DNA of 63,998 nucleotides, filler included, from Candidatus Babelota bacterium (GTDB lineage: Bacteria; JAGOBX01), in the NCBI GenBank assembly GCA_017999075.1. It is 8 parts of 8 records of this genome, joined end to end, with 100 filler letters (N's around TTAATTAATTAA, not from the genome) between each part and the next. Parts side by side here need not be neighbours in the genome. Positions count along the whole stretch, not along the records: positions 1 to 15,808 come from JAGOBX010000021.1; 7 more parts are not named here. One strand, 5' to 3'. The notes beneath the pieces are model-generated. The model was given only the letters and a program-made list of their open reading frames with translations, did no database searches and was not told where the DNA came from. The first letter of the stretch is position 1. Every line of letters begins with the position of its first letter. Positions 1 to 10,088 of this stretch are shown here, piece after piece. The translations under genes were made by a program, and so were the position numbers.

Positions 1-2
1 CT

Positions 3-935
3 CCGAGAATATCCAATGTTAAGATTATTCCTCTTTTAAAATATCTTGAAGGATACACATATATTTATATAGGGAATTATGAAGAATCAATTAAATCCTT
101 TGATTATTTCCTTAATTCAAAAAATGAATTTTCTGATATTGAAACTTTGATTCAGGATAATTATTTAAAATTGACTTTATGCAATTTGAAGTTGAACCGG
201 TATGATGCTGCTGAAAATAATTTTGAACTTTACGGAAAAAACAAGGTTGTTGACAGATTCGCTGATGAAGCTTTGTATTATAAATCTAACATTGAACTTG
301 GCCCTGATGAAAAAATGCAGATTGACGATCAAATATCAGGAGATACAAGCCGCCTTATAAACGCTATGTTTTATGCATCTCTTTACAAAGAACTTCATAA
401 AAATGCTTCTTTAAAAAATGAAGCGTTTAATGCTGACTGTGACTATATTCTTGGAACAGCTATGAATAAATTAGGCAGGCCTGAAGTTGCTGTTAAATTA
501 TTTAATAGATTTTTATCTAATTCAGGATATAATGATAAAACTGATAAAACATTATATTTATTGGCGAAATATTACGGTGAAACCGATAAAAATTTGGCAT
601 TGTCATATTACAGGCAGTTGGTGAACGGATTTTTAAAATCTCCGTATTGGACAGAATCATTTTATTTTTTAGTTCAATATTATTTTAATGAAAAAAAATA
701 TAGTGAAATTATAAAATATGCGGAAGTTTTAAAAATGAAAATGCTTGATGAAAAAACAGTGAAATCGTACAGATTTGAATTTGATGATTTGCTGTATTAC
801 TTCGCTCTATCTTATGAAATGAATGTTTACTATAAGGAAGCCGTTGAATTATATGAATTATACAAAACCAAGTTTAAAACAGGTCTTCATATTGAAGACA
901 TTGAATTAAGGTTAAAAAAAATAAAATTTAAATAG
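3..935 (+). CDS. Tetratricopeptide-repeat protein (BamD/YfiO-like helical repeats), 5' partial
   Basis: Frame is open from window start through the listed TTG at 147. Repeated Tyr/Ala/Leu helical pairs followed by 'F/Y-x-x-S-x-Y/W' turns (FLSNSGY, FLKSPYW, FKTGLH). Confidence 0.7.
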   Translation, partial: PRISNVKIIPLLKYLEGYTYIYIGNYEESIKSFDYFLNSKNEFSDIETLIQDNYLKLTLCNLKLNRYDAAENNFELYGKNKVVDRFADEALYYKSNIELGPDEKMQIDDQISGDTSRLINAMFYASLYKELHKNASLKNEAFNADCDYILGTAMNKLGRPEVAVKLFNRFLSNSGYNDKTDKTLYLLAKYYGETDKNLALSYYRQLVNGFLKSPYWTESFYFLVQYYFNEKKYSEIIKYAEVLKMKMLDEKTVKSYRFEFDDLLYYFALSYEMNVYYKEAVELYELYKTKFKTGLHIEDIELRLKKIKFK

Positions 936-946
936 GATGGATTGTG

Positions 947-1219
947 ATGGAAAATTACCATAAACCTTATTCAAAATTTGATAAATCAGATTTAATACTA
1001 AGAGATCATCTTGCAATTGACAGAACCAAACTTGCCAATGAACGCACATATCTTGCATACATCAGAACGTCGCTTACGTTTTTTATTTCGGGAGTATCAT
1101 TTTTAAAATTCTTTGATCAATTAATTATGCATATTACAGGCTGGATTTTTATACCTCTCGGCATTTATTTTTATTTTTTCGGTCTCTATAAATATCTGAA
1201 GTTGAAAAAAAATTTATGA
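947..1219 (+). CDS. DUF202 / YidH-family small membrane protein
   Basis: RDHLAIDRTKLANERTYLAYIRT motif followed by two hydrophobic helices; AGGATGG RBS upstream. Confidence 0.9.
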   Translation: MENYHKPYSKFDKSDLILRDHLAIDRTKLANERTYLAYIRTSLTFFISGVSFLKFFDQLIMHITGWIFIPLGIYFYFFGLYKYLKLKKNL

Positions 1220-2358
1220 ACATTCTAAATTTGAGTTTGAGGTATTATCCGGCTTCTGGTGGAGCTGAAGATTTAAATAAATCAGTTGTTGAAAAACTGG
1301 TTGAGTCAGGATATAATTTTACAGTTTACACCACGTATTTAAAAGACCATATAGCTAATTTAACTTATTCTTGTTCTGATATAGATGAAAAGTATGATGC
1401 TTGTTATAATATTAAAAGGTTTAAAGCAATTAAGATTCCAGGAACTGTATATCATATAATACCTCAATATATTTTTAATGGAATGTGTTTGAAAAACATT
1501 GATTTAATTCATTCTTGGACAATGATGTATTTTCCTGCTTTTTCAGGTTTTTTTTTAAAATATTTAAAGAATAAACCTCTTATATTAAATCCAATTGTAG
1601 ATGAAAATAACATTGTAAGACGTAGAGTTTATTCCAATACTATAGGAAAATCGGCAATTTCAAAATCAGATTGTGTGGTTTTGCTTACAAAATATTCATT
1701 GGATGTTTTGAATAAATATGGGTTTGATATAAAAAAATATGAAATAATTCCTGCAGGCGTTGATGTTACTGAATTTGACAATTCAATTGAAAAATCAATT
1801 TTTATAAAACAGGATAGATATAATTTGTTGTATGCTGGACGTATTGCAGAAGGTAAAGGAATAGATGTTCTTGTTAAATCTGTTAAAATGTTGATTGATG
1901 AAAAATATGAAGTTCATTTGAATATTGCAGGACCTGATTTCGGATATTATAAAACTTTAAAAAAAATGGTGGATGATTTTGAATTAACAAATCATATAAG
2001 TTTTTGTGGAAAACTTTCCAGAACAGAATTGGTTAAATTATTTAAATCATCGGATGCTTTTATTCTTCCGAGCAGATATGAAGCTTTCGGAATAGTTTTG
2101 ATTGAAGCTATGGCTGCAGGATTACCGGTCATAGGTTCAAATATTTCAGCTATACCTTATGTTATTGATAATGAAAAAAACGGATTGTTATTTGAACCTG
2201 ACAATCATATTGATTTAACCCAAAAACTTAAAACTATTATAAAAAATAAAATTTTATCAGAAAAATTTTCAGAAAATGCAAGAGAAAAAGTTCTTGAAGA
2301 ATATAACTGGAAAAGAATAATATCAAAATATTCAAAATTATATGACAGTTTAGTTTGA
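1216..2358 (+). CDS. Glycosyltransferase family 4 (GT-B)
   Basis: N-terminal YYPASGGAE; YAGRIAEGKG; C-terminal EAFGIVLIEAMAAG signature; ATGA overlap with the upstream gene. Confidence 0.93.
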   Translation: MNILNLSLRYYPASGGAEDLNKSVVEKLVESGYNFTVYTTYLKDHIANLTYSCSDIDEKYDACYNIKRFKAIKIPGTVYHIIPQYIFNGMCLKNIDLIHSWTMMYFPAFSGFFLKYLKNKPLILNPIVDENNIVRRRVYSNTIGKSAISKSDCVVLLTKYSLDVLNKYGFDIKKYEIIPAGVDVTEFDNSIEKSIFIKQDRYNLLYAGRIAEGKGIDVLVKSVKMLIDEKYEVHLNIAGPDFGYYKTLKKMVDDFELTNHISFCGKLSRTELVKLFKSSDAFILPSRYEAFGIVLIEAMAAGLPVIGSNISAIPYVIDNEKNGLLFEPDNHIDLTQKLKTIIKNKILSEKFSENAREKVLEEYNWKRIISKYSKLYDSLV

Positions 2359-2476
2359 ACCAGAATATTCGGATTTTAAGATACATTTTTGTATTAAATA
2401 TATAAAAAGATTACATTTTGGTATGTTTTATTTCACGGTTTTTTATAAAAATTATTAAATAAAACAATTTAAATTG

Positions 2477-2504
2477 TTGATAAAACAAAATTTAATAATA
2501 TAAT
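2477..2504 (+). promoter_or_regulatory. Putative sigma70-type promoter of glnA
   Basis: TTGATA-16nt-TATAAT; a second extended -10 (TGCTATAAT) lies at 2525-2533. The AT-rich background weakens the call. Confidence 0.4.
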
Positions 2505-2625
2505 TAAAAAAATGTAAAAACGTTGCTATAATAAATGATGTTTTTATAAAACAAATTTATTTAATTGAATTATGATATTTAAAAAATAATCATTAATTCA
2601 AAATTTCAGGAGGAATAATCAGGTT

Positions 2626-4809
2626 ATGAGAAAAGATATTTTAAAAAAGTTGGGAACTACTGAATTGAGGCAGTTGACTAAAAATGGAATCAGCGTAGCA
2701 TCGTATTTCGGAGAAAATGTTTTTGACATAAGAAAAATGGAAAAATATTTATCTCGAAAAACTATAATCGCATTTAAGAACTGGATTAATAATGGAATAA
2801 AAATCGATATGAATTGCGCTGATGAAATAGCTGAGGCTATGAAAAATTGGGCTATAACTATGGGAGCTACTCATTATACCCACTGGTTTCAGCCTATGAC
2901 AGGTATGACTGCTGAAAAACATGATAGTTTTATAAAATTAAACTCTCCTGGCCAGGTTTTAGAAGAATTTTCAGGGAATAAACTGATAAGCGGAGAACCG
3001 GACGCAAGCAGTTTTCCAAGCGGAGGAATAAGAAGTACTTTTGAAGCGCGCGGTTACACTGCATGGGATCCGTCAAGTCCTGCGTTTATAATGGAATCAG
3101 CTTACAGCAAAACTTTGTGCATACCTTCAATATTTATTTCATATACAGGAGAAGCATTGGATAAAAAACTTCCTTTATTGAGATCAGATGAAGCAGTTAA
3201 TAAAGCGGCAGTAAAACTTTTGAAAATTTTCGGGAAAGACGTAAAAAAAGTATTTTCAACCTGCGGTGCGGAACAAGAATATTTTCTTATAGACAGAAAT
3301 TATTTTAATATACGGCAGGATTTACTTTTATGCAACCGCTCGCTTATTGGAGCGCAGTCTCCAAAAGGGCAACAACTTGAAGATCAGTATTTCGGTTCAA
3401 TAAAAGAGCGGGTTTTAAATTATATGAAAGCAGTTGAAGAAGAAGCATATAAATGCGGAATACCGTTAACTACACGGCATAACGAAGTTGCGCCTAATCA
3501 GTTTGAGTTTGCTCCGATTTTTGAAGAATCAAATCTTGCAGCGGATCATAATCAGCTGTTGATGAATATTATGAAATCAGTGGCTCACCGTTTTGGACTT
3601 GTATGCCTTCTTCATGAAAAACCATTTGCCGGAGTTAATGGAAGCGGGAAACATTTAAACTGGTCATTAAGCGATGAACAGGGAAACAATTTACTTAGTC
3701 CTGGTGAAACGCCTGAAGATAATCTGAAATTTTTAACTTTTATAGTTGCAGTTTTGCGTGCAGTGTATAAACATGCGGATTTGTTATATTCAAGTATTGT
3801 ATCTGCAGGAAATGAACACAGACTTGGAGCCAATGAAGCTCCCCCTGCTATTATTTCAGTATTTTTGGGAGACTATATCAGCAACCTTTTAGATGAAATT
3901 GAAGCAGGGAAAAAAACGTCTATTAGTAAAAAAAATTTTGTTGATTTTGAAGTGGGACGCTTGCCGAAATTTATAAGAGATAATACAGACAGAAACAGAA
4001 CGTCTCCATTTGCGTTTACCGGATCAAAATTTGAATTCAGAGCTGTAGGTTCTTCTCATAATATTGCGACTCCTATAACATTTATAAATACGATAATTGC
4101 AGAATCGCTTGATTATTTGTCAGAACAGCTTAATAAAAGAATAAGTAAAGATAAGGATAATTTCGAAGACGCTGTATTCGGATTGCTTAAAGAAATCATA
4201 AAAGAAACAAAAAATATCAGGTTTGAAGGAAACAATTATTCGCAGGAATGGGTAGAAGAAGCTAAAAAACGAGGGTTAAAAAATGAACCGTCAGCCGCAA
4301 AGGCTTTGAAAGCTCTTATTAAACCTGAAAATATTAAAATGTTTGAAAAATATAAGGTATTCAATTCAAACGAAATTTCTGCGAGATATCATATTTGGGT
4401 TGAATTATACTGTACTTTATTGATTATTGAAGCAAACACTATTATTGAGATGGCTAATGCTAATGCAATACCTGATGCTTTGGATTACCAAAAATTATTA
4501 CTGGAAAATTTAAAATCAATACTTGATATAGACGGATTGAAATATGATAATGCTGCGATAGAAGATTTAAATGAACATCTTGGCGATGTTTCAAATAAAA
4601 TTTATTACGTTAGAAAAAACGTTAAGTTATTATCTCAAATTCTTATTAATATAAAAAATCTTGAATCTGAAGAAAAATCAGAACGTATTTTTAAAGAAAT
4701 GAAACCTATGATGGAACATATAAGAAAACATATTGATGAACTTGAACTTGTTGTTCCTGATAGAAATTGGTCACTTCCAAAATACAGAGAAATGTTGTTT
4801 TTAATTTAA
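2626..4809 (+). CDS. glnA: Glutamine synthetase type III (GlnN-type)
   Basis: 727 aa; THYTHWFQPMTG, EPDASSFPSGG, HNEVAPNQFE, KPFAGVNGSGKH, RLGANEAPP, DRNRTSPFAFTG; AGGAGG RBS. Confidence 0.97.
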   Translation: MRKDILKKLGTTELRQLTKNGISVASYFGENVFDIRKMEKYLSRKTIIAFKNWINNGIKIDMNCADEIAEAMKNWAITMGATHYTHWFQPMTGMTAEKHDSFIKLNSPGQVLEEFSGNKLISGEPDASSFPSGGIRSTFEARGYTAWDPSSPAFIMESAYSKTLCIPSIFISYTGEALDKKLPLLRSDEAVNKAAVKLLKIFGKDVKKVFSTCGAEQEYFLIDRNYFNIRQDLLLCNRSLIGAQSPKGQQLEDQYFGSIKERVLNYMKAVEEEAYKCGIPLTTRHNEVAPNQFEFAPIFEESNLAADHNQLLMNIMKSVAHRFGLVCLLHEKPFAGVNGSGKHLNWSLSDEQGNNLLSPGETPEDNLKFLTFIVAVLRAVYKHADLLYSSIVSAGNEHRLGANEAPPAIISVFLGDYISNLLDEIEAGKKTSISKKNFVDFEVGRLPKFIRDNTDRNRTSPFAFTGSKFEFRAVGSSHNIATPITFINTIIAESLDYLSEQLNKRISKDKDNFEDAVFGLLKEIIKETKNIRFEGNNYSQEWVEEAKKRGLKNEPSAAKALKALIKPENIKMFEKYKVFNSNEISARYHIWVELYCTLLIIEANTIIEMANANAIPDALDYQKLLLENLKSILDIDGLKYDNAAIEDLNEHLGDVSNKIYYVRKNVKLLSQILINIKNLESEEKSERIFKEMKPMMEHIRKHIDELELVVPDRNWSLPKYREMLFLI

Positions 4810-4819
4810 GTTTAAAAAA

Positions 4820-4930
4820 AATTAACCGGATAACAAATTTATTTTAAGCAGATTATGAACTGTTTTAATAATTTTGATATCCGGTCAATTTTACTGATTC
4901 AATAATTAAAAAACGATAAAATTATTGAAT
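4820..4930 (+). terminator. Two tandem stem-loops downstream of glnA (terminator or mRNA-stability element)
   Basis: AATTAACCGGATA...TATCCGGTCAATT long imperfect hairpin, then perfect 11-bp arms ATTCAATAATT (4897-4907) / AATTATTGAAT (4920-4930). Confidence 0.5.
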
Positions 4931-5021
4931 GAAAAATATTTTTTTTTGCTGAAACAACAAACCAATATTTTGCCGCATTTTTTCAAGATTATTATATCTG
5001 CAAAGTGAAGATATTTTTTTA

Positions 5022-5049
5022 TTGACTATAAAGATTAATAAAGTATAAT
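5022..5049 (+). promoter_or_regulatory. Putative sigma70 promoter of the tig operon
   Basis: TTGACT-16nt-TATAAT about 130 nt upstream of tig. Confidence 0.55.
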
Positions 5050-5179
5050 AATTTATCAAGTTAATAAAAGTATATTCGCAAAGAATTGTTTTAGGTTAGT
5101 TCTGACGTAAATAAAATCAAAAAAATTCCTGAAACATCATATTTCCCGAATATAAAAAAATAAAATGAGGTAGGTTAAA

Positions 5180-6499
5180 ATGGAAGTTAAAGAAACAAGA
5201 AAAGAAAATTCTGTAATTAGTTTGTATTTTGAATATCAGTTTGATGAATTAAAAGAAGAATTCAAATCAGCATTTAGAAGCATGAGCAGGGAAATAGCAT
5301 TCCCTGGATTTAGAAAAGGAAAAATGCCTGAAAACTTATTGAGACAACGCGCTATGCCGTATATAATTTCAAATTTTAAAGAAGAATATTCTAAAAAAAT
5401 TCTTAGAGAATATATTGAAGAAAAAAAATATAAATTGTATAGCTTCCCTGCTGTTACTAAAATTGAATTTGATGAAAACCAGCCTTTTATTATGGAAGTT
5501 GAATTTGAAGTTTATCCTGAATTCAAACTTAAACCTGAAGATTATAGCGGATTAACTATTGATAAAATAGAATATGAAGTAACTGACACTGATGTTGATA
5601 ATGAAATAAAAAATAATATAAAAAGAGGACGTTTTACATTATTTTCAGATAAAGAAGGGAAAATTGATATTAATGATACTGTTTATGTCAATTTATCAGG
5701 AAAAGATAAAGAAGGAAATGAAATTTCTTCGCTGAATATTAAAGATTATCCTATAAATATAAGAAAAAAAGTTGAAGTTAAAGACGGTGCGAATTTATTA
5801 GTTCTTGATGAAATAAATAATAGATTAATCGGTTCAACAAAAGAAAATAAAATTGAGTTTGAATATTTGTTTGATAATACTGTGGAAAGCGAGGCGCTAT
5901 CTGGAAAAACAGCAGTAATAACTATTGAAATCAATAAAATTCAGGAAGAAACATATCCTGAAATCAATGATGAACTTGCTGCAAAAATGAAATATGATTC
6001 TGCGGAACAAATGCGGAATCAGATTAAAGAAAATTTGATTTCTGAAAAAAAACAAAATGAAGAATCAAAGGCGATAAACGGATTTATAAAACAAATAGCT
6101 GACCGTGTTAAAATAGATATACCTTTGACAATGGTTGATAATGTTAATTTGCATCAGCGCGATTCTATGGAAAAAAGTTTTGAAATGTATAATATGAAAA
6201 AAGATTCTTTTTACAGCATATTAAAAACTACTCCGGAAGAATGGCTTATAAATAACCGCGAAAATGCAGCGTATTCTGTTAAAGAACATTTAATTAAAAA
6301 CGGTTTGATTGAACTTGAAAAAATAGAAGTTACAGAAGAAGAAGTTAATGCAGAATTGGAAAAAATTGCAGCTGAACATAAAACTGATAAAACTAAAGTT
6401 AAACGTGATTTAATAAAATCTGAACGTTGGGAATCGTTTAAAGACAGTTTAAATGACCAAAAACTTGAAAAACATATTATTTCGAAGTTTCAAAAATAA
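5180..6499 (+). CDS. tig: Trigger factor
   Basis: Ribosome-binding signature PGFRKGK; EFEVYPEF; FKBP-like middle domain; 439 aa; GAGGT RBS. Confidence 0.93.
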   Translation: MEVKETRKENSVISLYFEYQFDELKEEFKSAFRSMSREIAFPGFRKGKMPENLLRQRAMPYIISNFKEEYSKKILREYIEEKKYKLYSFPAVTKIEFDENQPFIMEVEFEVYPEFKLKPEDYSGLTIDKIEYEVTDTDVDNEIKNNIKRGRFTLFSDKEGKIDINDTVYVNLSGKDKEGNEISSLNIKDYPINIRKKVEVKDGANLLVLDEINNRLIGSTKENKIEFEYLFDNTVESEALSGKTAVITIEINKIQEETYPEINDELAAKMKYDSAEQMRNQIKENLISEKKQNEESKAINGFIKQIADRVKIDIPLTMVDNVNLHQRDSMEKSFEMYNMKKDSFYSILKTTPEEWLINNRENAAYSVKEHLIKNGLIELEKIEVTEEEVNAELEKIAAEHKTDKTKVKRDLIKSERWESFKDSLNDQKLEKHIISKFQK

Positions 6500-6557
6500 T
6501 AATTTTAATTTGTAATTTTAATTTATTAATTTTGCTATCAGGCTTTATTTAAATTAT

Positions 6558-7736
6558 ATGAGCAACCAAAAATGGTATTTCGGAAGATACGGCGGGAAAT
6601 TTGCTCCTGAAATTCTTTTACCCGCTTTAACAGAACTTGAACAGATATTTTTTAAATATAAAACTGATAAAAGTTTTATATCTGAATACGAAAAATATTT
6701 AATTGATTATGTCGGAAGACCTACTCCTTTATATTTTGCAGAAAGGTTTTCTTCAAAATATTGCGGAAACAATAAGGTTTTTATTAAAAGAGAAGATTTG
6801 TGTCATACAGGTTCTCATAAACTTAATAATGCTCTTGGTCAGGCTTTACTAACAAAAAAAATCGAAAAAAAAAGGGTTATAGCTGAAACTGGTGCAGGAC
6901 AGCACGGGGTTGCAACAGCTACTGCATGCGCTTTGTTGAATCTTGAATGTGTTGTTTATATGGGAAAAACCGATGTTGAACGGCAGTATCCTAATGTTCA
7001 GAGAATGAAGCTTCTCGGAGCTAAAGTGATACCCGTGGAGTCAGGAAATATGACTCTTAAAGATGCAGTAAATGAAGCTATGAAAGACTGGGTTGCTTCT
7101 CATAAAACCACGCATTATATTTTAGGTTCTGTTATTGGACCATATCCTTTTCCTGAAATAGTATCATTTTTTCAAAGTGTGATAGGAAGAGAAACATCAT
7201 ATCAGTTTAAAAATAAACTTAAAACTAATCCTGATACTATAATCGCATGCGTTGGAGCTGGAAGCAATGCAATAGGAATCTTTAAACATTATATTGATAA
7301 AAAAATCAAATTGGAGCTTTATGGAGTTGAAGCTGGAGGAAAAGGCGTTAATACCGGTGAACATTCAGCTAAACTTTATAAAGGTAAACCCGGAGTTTTA
7401 CATGGAAGTTATACATATTTATTGCAGGATAAAAATGGACAGATAATAGAACCGTATTCAATATCAGCTGGTCTTGATTATCCGGCTGTTGGCCCGGTTC
7501 ATTCTTATTTGAAAGATGAAAAAATAGTAAAATACACCTCTGTTACGGATAGAGAAGCATTGAATGCTGTAAAACTTTTAAGTCAGTCTGAAGGTATAAT
7601 TCCTGCGCTTGAAAGCGCTCATGCAGTAGCGTACTGCTTAAAATATTGTAAAAAAAATCAAAATAAAAAAATTGTAATATGCCTTTCAGGAAGAGGAGAT
7701 AAAGATTTAAATACAATTATTGAAAAGTTGTTTTAA
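6558..7736 (+). CDS. trpB: Tryptophan synthase beta chain
   Basis: FGRYGG, KREDLCHTGSHKLNN (PLP lysine), AETGAGQHG, SAGLDYP, IPALESAHA, LSGRGDKD. Confidence 0.97.
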   Translation: MSNQKWYFGRYGGKFAPEILLPALTELEQIFFKYKTDKSFISEYEKYLIDYVGRPTPLYFAERFSSKYCGNNKVFIKREDLCHTGSHKLNNALGQALLTKKIEKKRVIAETGAGQHGVATATACALLNLECVVYMGKTDVERQYPNVQRMKLLGAKVIPVESGNMTLKDAVNEAMKDWVASHKTTHYILGSVIGPYPFPEIVSFFQSVIGRETSYQFKNKLKTNPDTIIACVGAGSNAIGIFKHYIDKKIKLELYGVEAGGKGVNTGEHSAKLYKGKPGVLHGSYTYLLQDKNGQIIEPYSISAGLDYPAVGPVHSYLKDEKIVKYTSVTDREALNAVKLLSQSEGIIPALESAHAVAYCLKYCKKNQNKKIVICLSGRGDKDLNTIIEKLF

Positions 7737-8539
7737 TGCTTACAAAAACAATATTACGTTATTCTGATTTATATATTGAATACGCTAAACAGAATTTTAA
7801 AGTTATGCTTGAATACCGCGCAGATTTTTTTATAGGTGCGTTATCAACTTTTTTTTTACAGCTTGGAAGTATTGCATTTGTTTGGATAATTTTTAATAAT
7901 ATAAAAGATTTAAACGGATGGTCGTTTTATGAAGTTGCTTTTATATTTGCTTTAACGACTATTGCAAAATCAATTAATCATATATTTTTTGATAATTTTT
8001 GGGTTCTTGGATGGCACTATATAAGAACCGGAAATTTTGATATAATTCTTACCAGACCAGTTTCTCCGCTTTTTCAATTGATTGCCAATAAAATTCAGCA
8101 GGACGGTTTTGGAAATTTAATAATAGGTTTGATAATTTTTTTCAAATGTATAATTGAATTAAATTTAAATTTCACGTATATTGACATATTTCTGTTAATT
8201 GTTTTTATAATTTCCGGAGGAATGATTTTTGCCGCTATAAATTTTATAACATGCACTTCTTCATTTTGGATTATTCATTCGCATACTTTAATAAGTTCTG
8301 TTTTTACTTTTCACGAATTTGCATTGTATCCGCTTACAATATTTAAAAAAAGTGTTATAATATTACTTACTTGGGTTATACCTTATGCTTTTTCAAGTTT
8401 TTATCCGTCAAATTATTTTTTAAATAAAGGATTTAAAGAATTATCTTATTTAACTCCGGTAATTGCAATAGTATTGTGGTGTATTGGAATGCAGTTTTGG
8501 AAATCAGGATTGAAGAATTATACCGGAACAGGTTCTTGA
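7736..8539 (+). CDS. ABC-2 family transporter permease (DUF990 type)
   Basis: MLEYRADF, GWSFYEV, GNFDIILTRP, YPLTIF, C-terminal YTGTGS; about six TM segments. Confidence 0.88.
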   Translation: MLTKTILRYSDLYIEYAKQNFKVMLEYRADFFIGALSTFFLQLGSIAFVWIIFNNIKDLNGWSFYEVAFIFALTTIAKSINHIFFDNFWVLGWHYIRTGNFDIILTRPVSPLFQLIANKIQQDGFGNLIIGLIIFFKCIIELNLNFTYIDIFLLIVFIISGGMIFAAINFITCTSSFWIIHSHTLISSVFTFHEFALYPLTIFKKSVIILLTWVIPYAFSSFYPSNYFLNKGFKELSYLTPVIAIVLWCIGMQFWKSGLKNYTGTGS

Positions 8540-8571
8540 TATTTTAAAATTATAAAGAGGAAATTGTTAAA

Positions 8572-8934
8572 ATGAAAGTACTTATAATTGATGATTCGCC
8601 TATAGCCAGGTTTGAATTAAAAAGTATGCTTCAAAATGTAGGATTCGAAAATTTTTATGAAGCAGAGAACGGTGATGAAGGATTTGAACTTGCTAAAAAC
8701 ATCAAACCTGAAATAATTTCGCTGGATATACTTATGCCTGGAACTGACGGGGTTGAAATATTAAAAAAATTAAGAAAGGAACTACCTGATTCTAAAGTTA
8801 TAATGATTTCAGCTTTAGGCAAACAACATACATTAGTGGAATGTCTTAAAATAGGAGCAGTGAATTTTATAGGTAAACCTTATTTAACAGAACAGGTCGA
8901 AGAAGTATTCGGCTATTATCTGAACCTTAAATAA
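8572..8934 (+). CDS. Single-domain response regulator (CheY-like)
   Basis: IIDDS, LDILMP (phospho-Asp), MISA, FIGKP; 120 aa. Confidence 0.9.
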   Translation: MKVLIIDDSPIARFELKSMLQNVGFENFYEAENGDEGFELAKNIKPEIISLDILMPGTDGVEILKKLRKELPDSKVIMISALGKQHTLVECLKIGAVNFIGKPYLTEQVEEVFGYYLNLK

Positions 8935-8964
8935 ATTTTACTGTGTTAATTAGATAAATTTATG

Positions 8965-9972
8965 TTATGATACGTCAGAATCAATTAATTTTATAGCTTT
9001 GAACCTGCAAGTGTTGTAACATACCTGACATTTAATACATTTCGACTGGTCGATAACATGTTTTTCTTTTTTATTACCGGAAATAGCCTGTACCGGACAT
9101 TTTTTCAAGCATAACCCGCATCCTTTACAATCATCTGTAATTTGAAGTGTTGGTCTTGGAGCGATTGAATCGGTTATTGACTTTATCGGTTTTACAGGAC
9201 ATACTGTATGGCATTTCCCGCAATCTATACATTTGGTATAATCAATTACAGAAAGATTGTTTACTATTTCTATTGCTTGAACCGGACAAATTTTTTTGCA
9301 CAATCCGCATGCTATACATGCAACATCGCACTTAGATTTTGCTGTTTTACCTTTATCGTGATTTTTGCAAGTTACGGACACGTGATTTTTTTCTGATAAT
9401 AATGTGATTATATTTTTTGGACAGGCTGTTACACATGCACCGCATCCCACACATTTTTTTTCTAATATTACAGGAATTTTGCCGTTTTCAAAAGAAATCG
9501 CATTGAATTTACAGACTCTGAAACAATTACCTAACATAAGGCATCCGAATTCGCATAATTTCGGCCCTGTTAGAAGTTTGTTTGCCATTTCGCAATCGTT
9601 AAGTCCTTTATATTCGAATTTGTATCTTATATATTCCTGCTCGCCTCTGCATAAAATTCTTGCAGTCTTGCGGTCGGTTTTTTCCACAGTTGCGCCGAGA
9701 ATATCTGCTATTTTTTCCGCTGTTTTCGACCCGCCTGGCGAACATAACGTGACGCTTACTTTTGATCCCGGTTTTCCAAGAGCTTCAGCATACCCCATAC
9801 ATCCAGGAAAACCGCAGGCTCCGCAATTAGCTTTCGGTAAAATTTCAAATATATCCGACACAGTTTTGTCCACTTCTACAACAAGTTTTTTTGAAGCAAC
9901 GACTAAAAATACAGAAAATGCTACTCCTAAAATTCCTAACAGCATTACAGCTATGATTATTGTTAAATTCAC
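8965..9972 (-). CDS. rnfB: Rnf electron transport complex subunit B (polyferredoxin, long form)
   Basis: N-terminal TM; LPKANCGACGFPGC; CSPGG; multiple CxxCxxCxxxCP motifs; AGGAG RBS before GTG. Confidence 0.92.
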   Translation of the reverse strand: MNLTIIIAVMLLGILGVAFSVFLVVASKKLVVEVDKTVSDIFEILPKANCGACGFPGCMGYAEALGKPGSKVSVTLCSPGGSKTAEKIADILGATVEKTDRKTARILCRGEQEYIRYKFEYKGLNDCEMANKLLTGPKLCEFGCLMLGNCFRVCKFNAISFENGKIPVILEKKCVGCGACVTACPKNIITLLSEKNHVSVTCKNHDKGKTAKSKCDVACIACGLCKKICPVQAIEIVNNLSVIDYTKCIDCGKCHTVCPVKPIKSITDSIAPRPTLQITDDCKGCGLCLKKCPVQAISGNKKEKHVIDQSKCIKCQVCYNTCRFKAIKLIDSDVS

Positions 9973-10051
9973 TGAATTTCTCCTGATTTTATTTTTTATA
10001 TTTTGGAAACAGTTCCATTGTTAATATAAATGTTTTCACAATATTGTTTAT

Positions 10052-10079
10052 ATTATAATCATTAATTTTTAATCGTCAA
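10052..10079 (-). promoter_or_regulatory. Putative sigma70 promoter of rnfB
   Basis: Minus strand reads TTGACG-16nt-TATAAT. Confidence 0.5.
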
Positions 10080-10088
10080 TATAAGTTT

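Noticed and set aside
9404-10024. 206-aa plus-strand ORF
   Set aside because: Antisense shadow of rnfB, which has clear motifs and an RBS.
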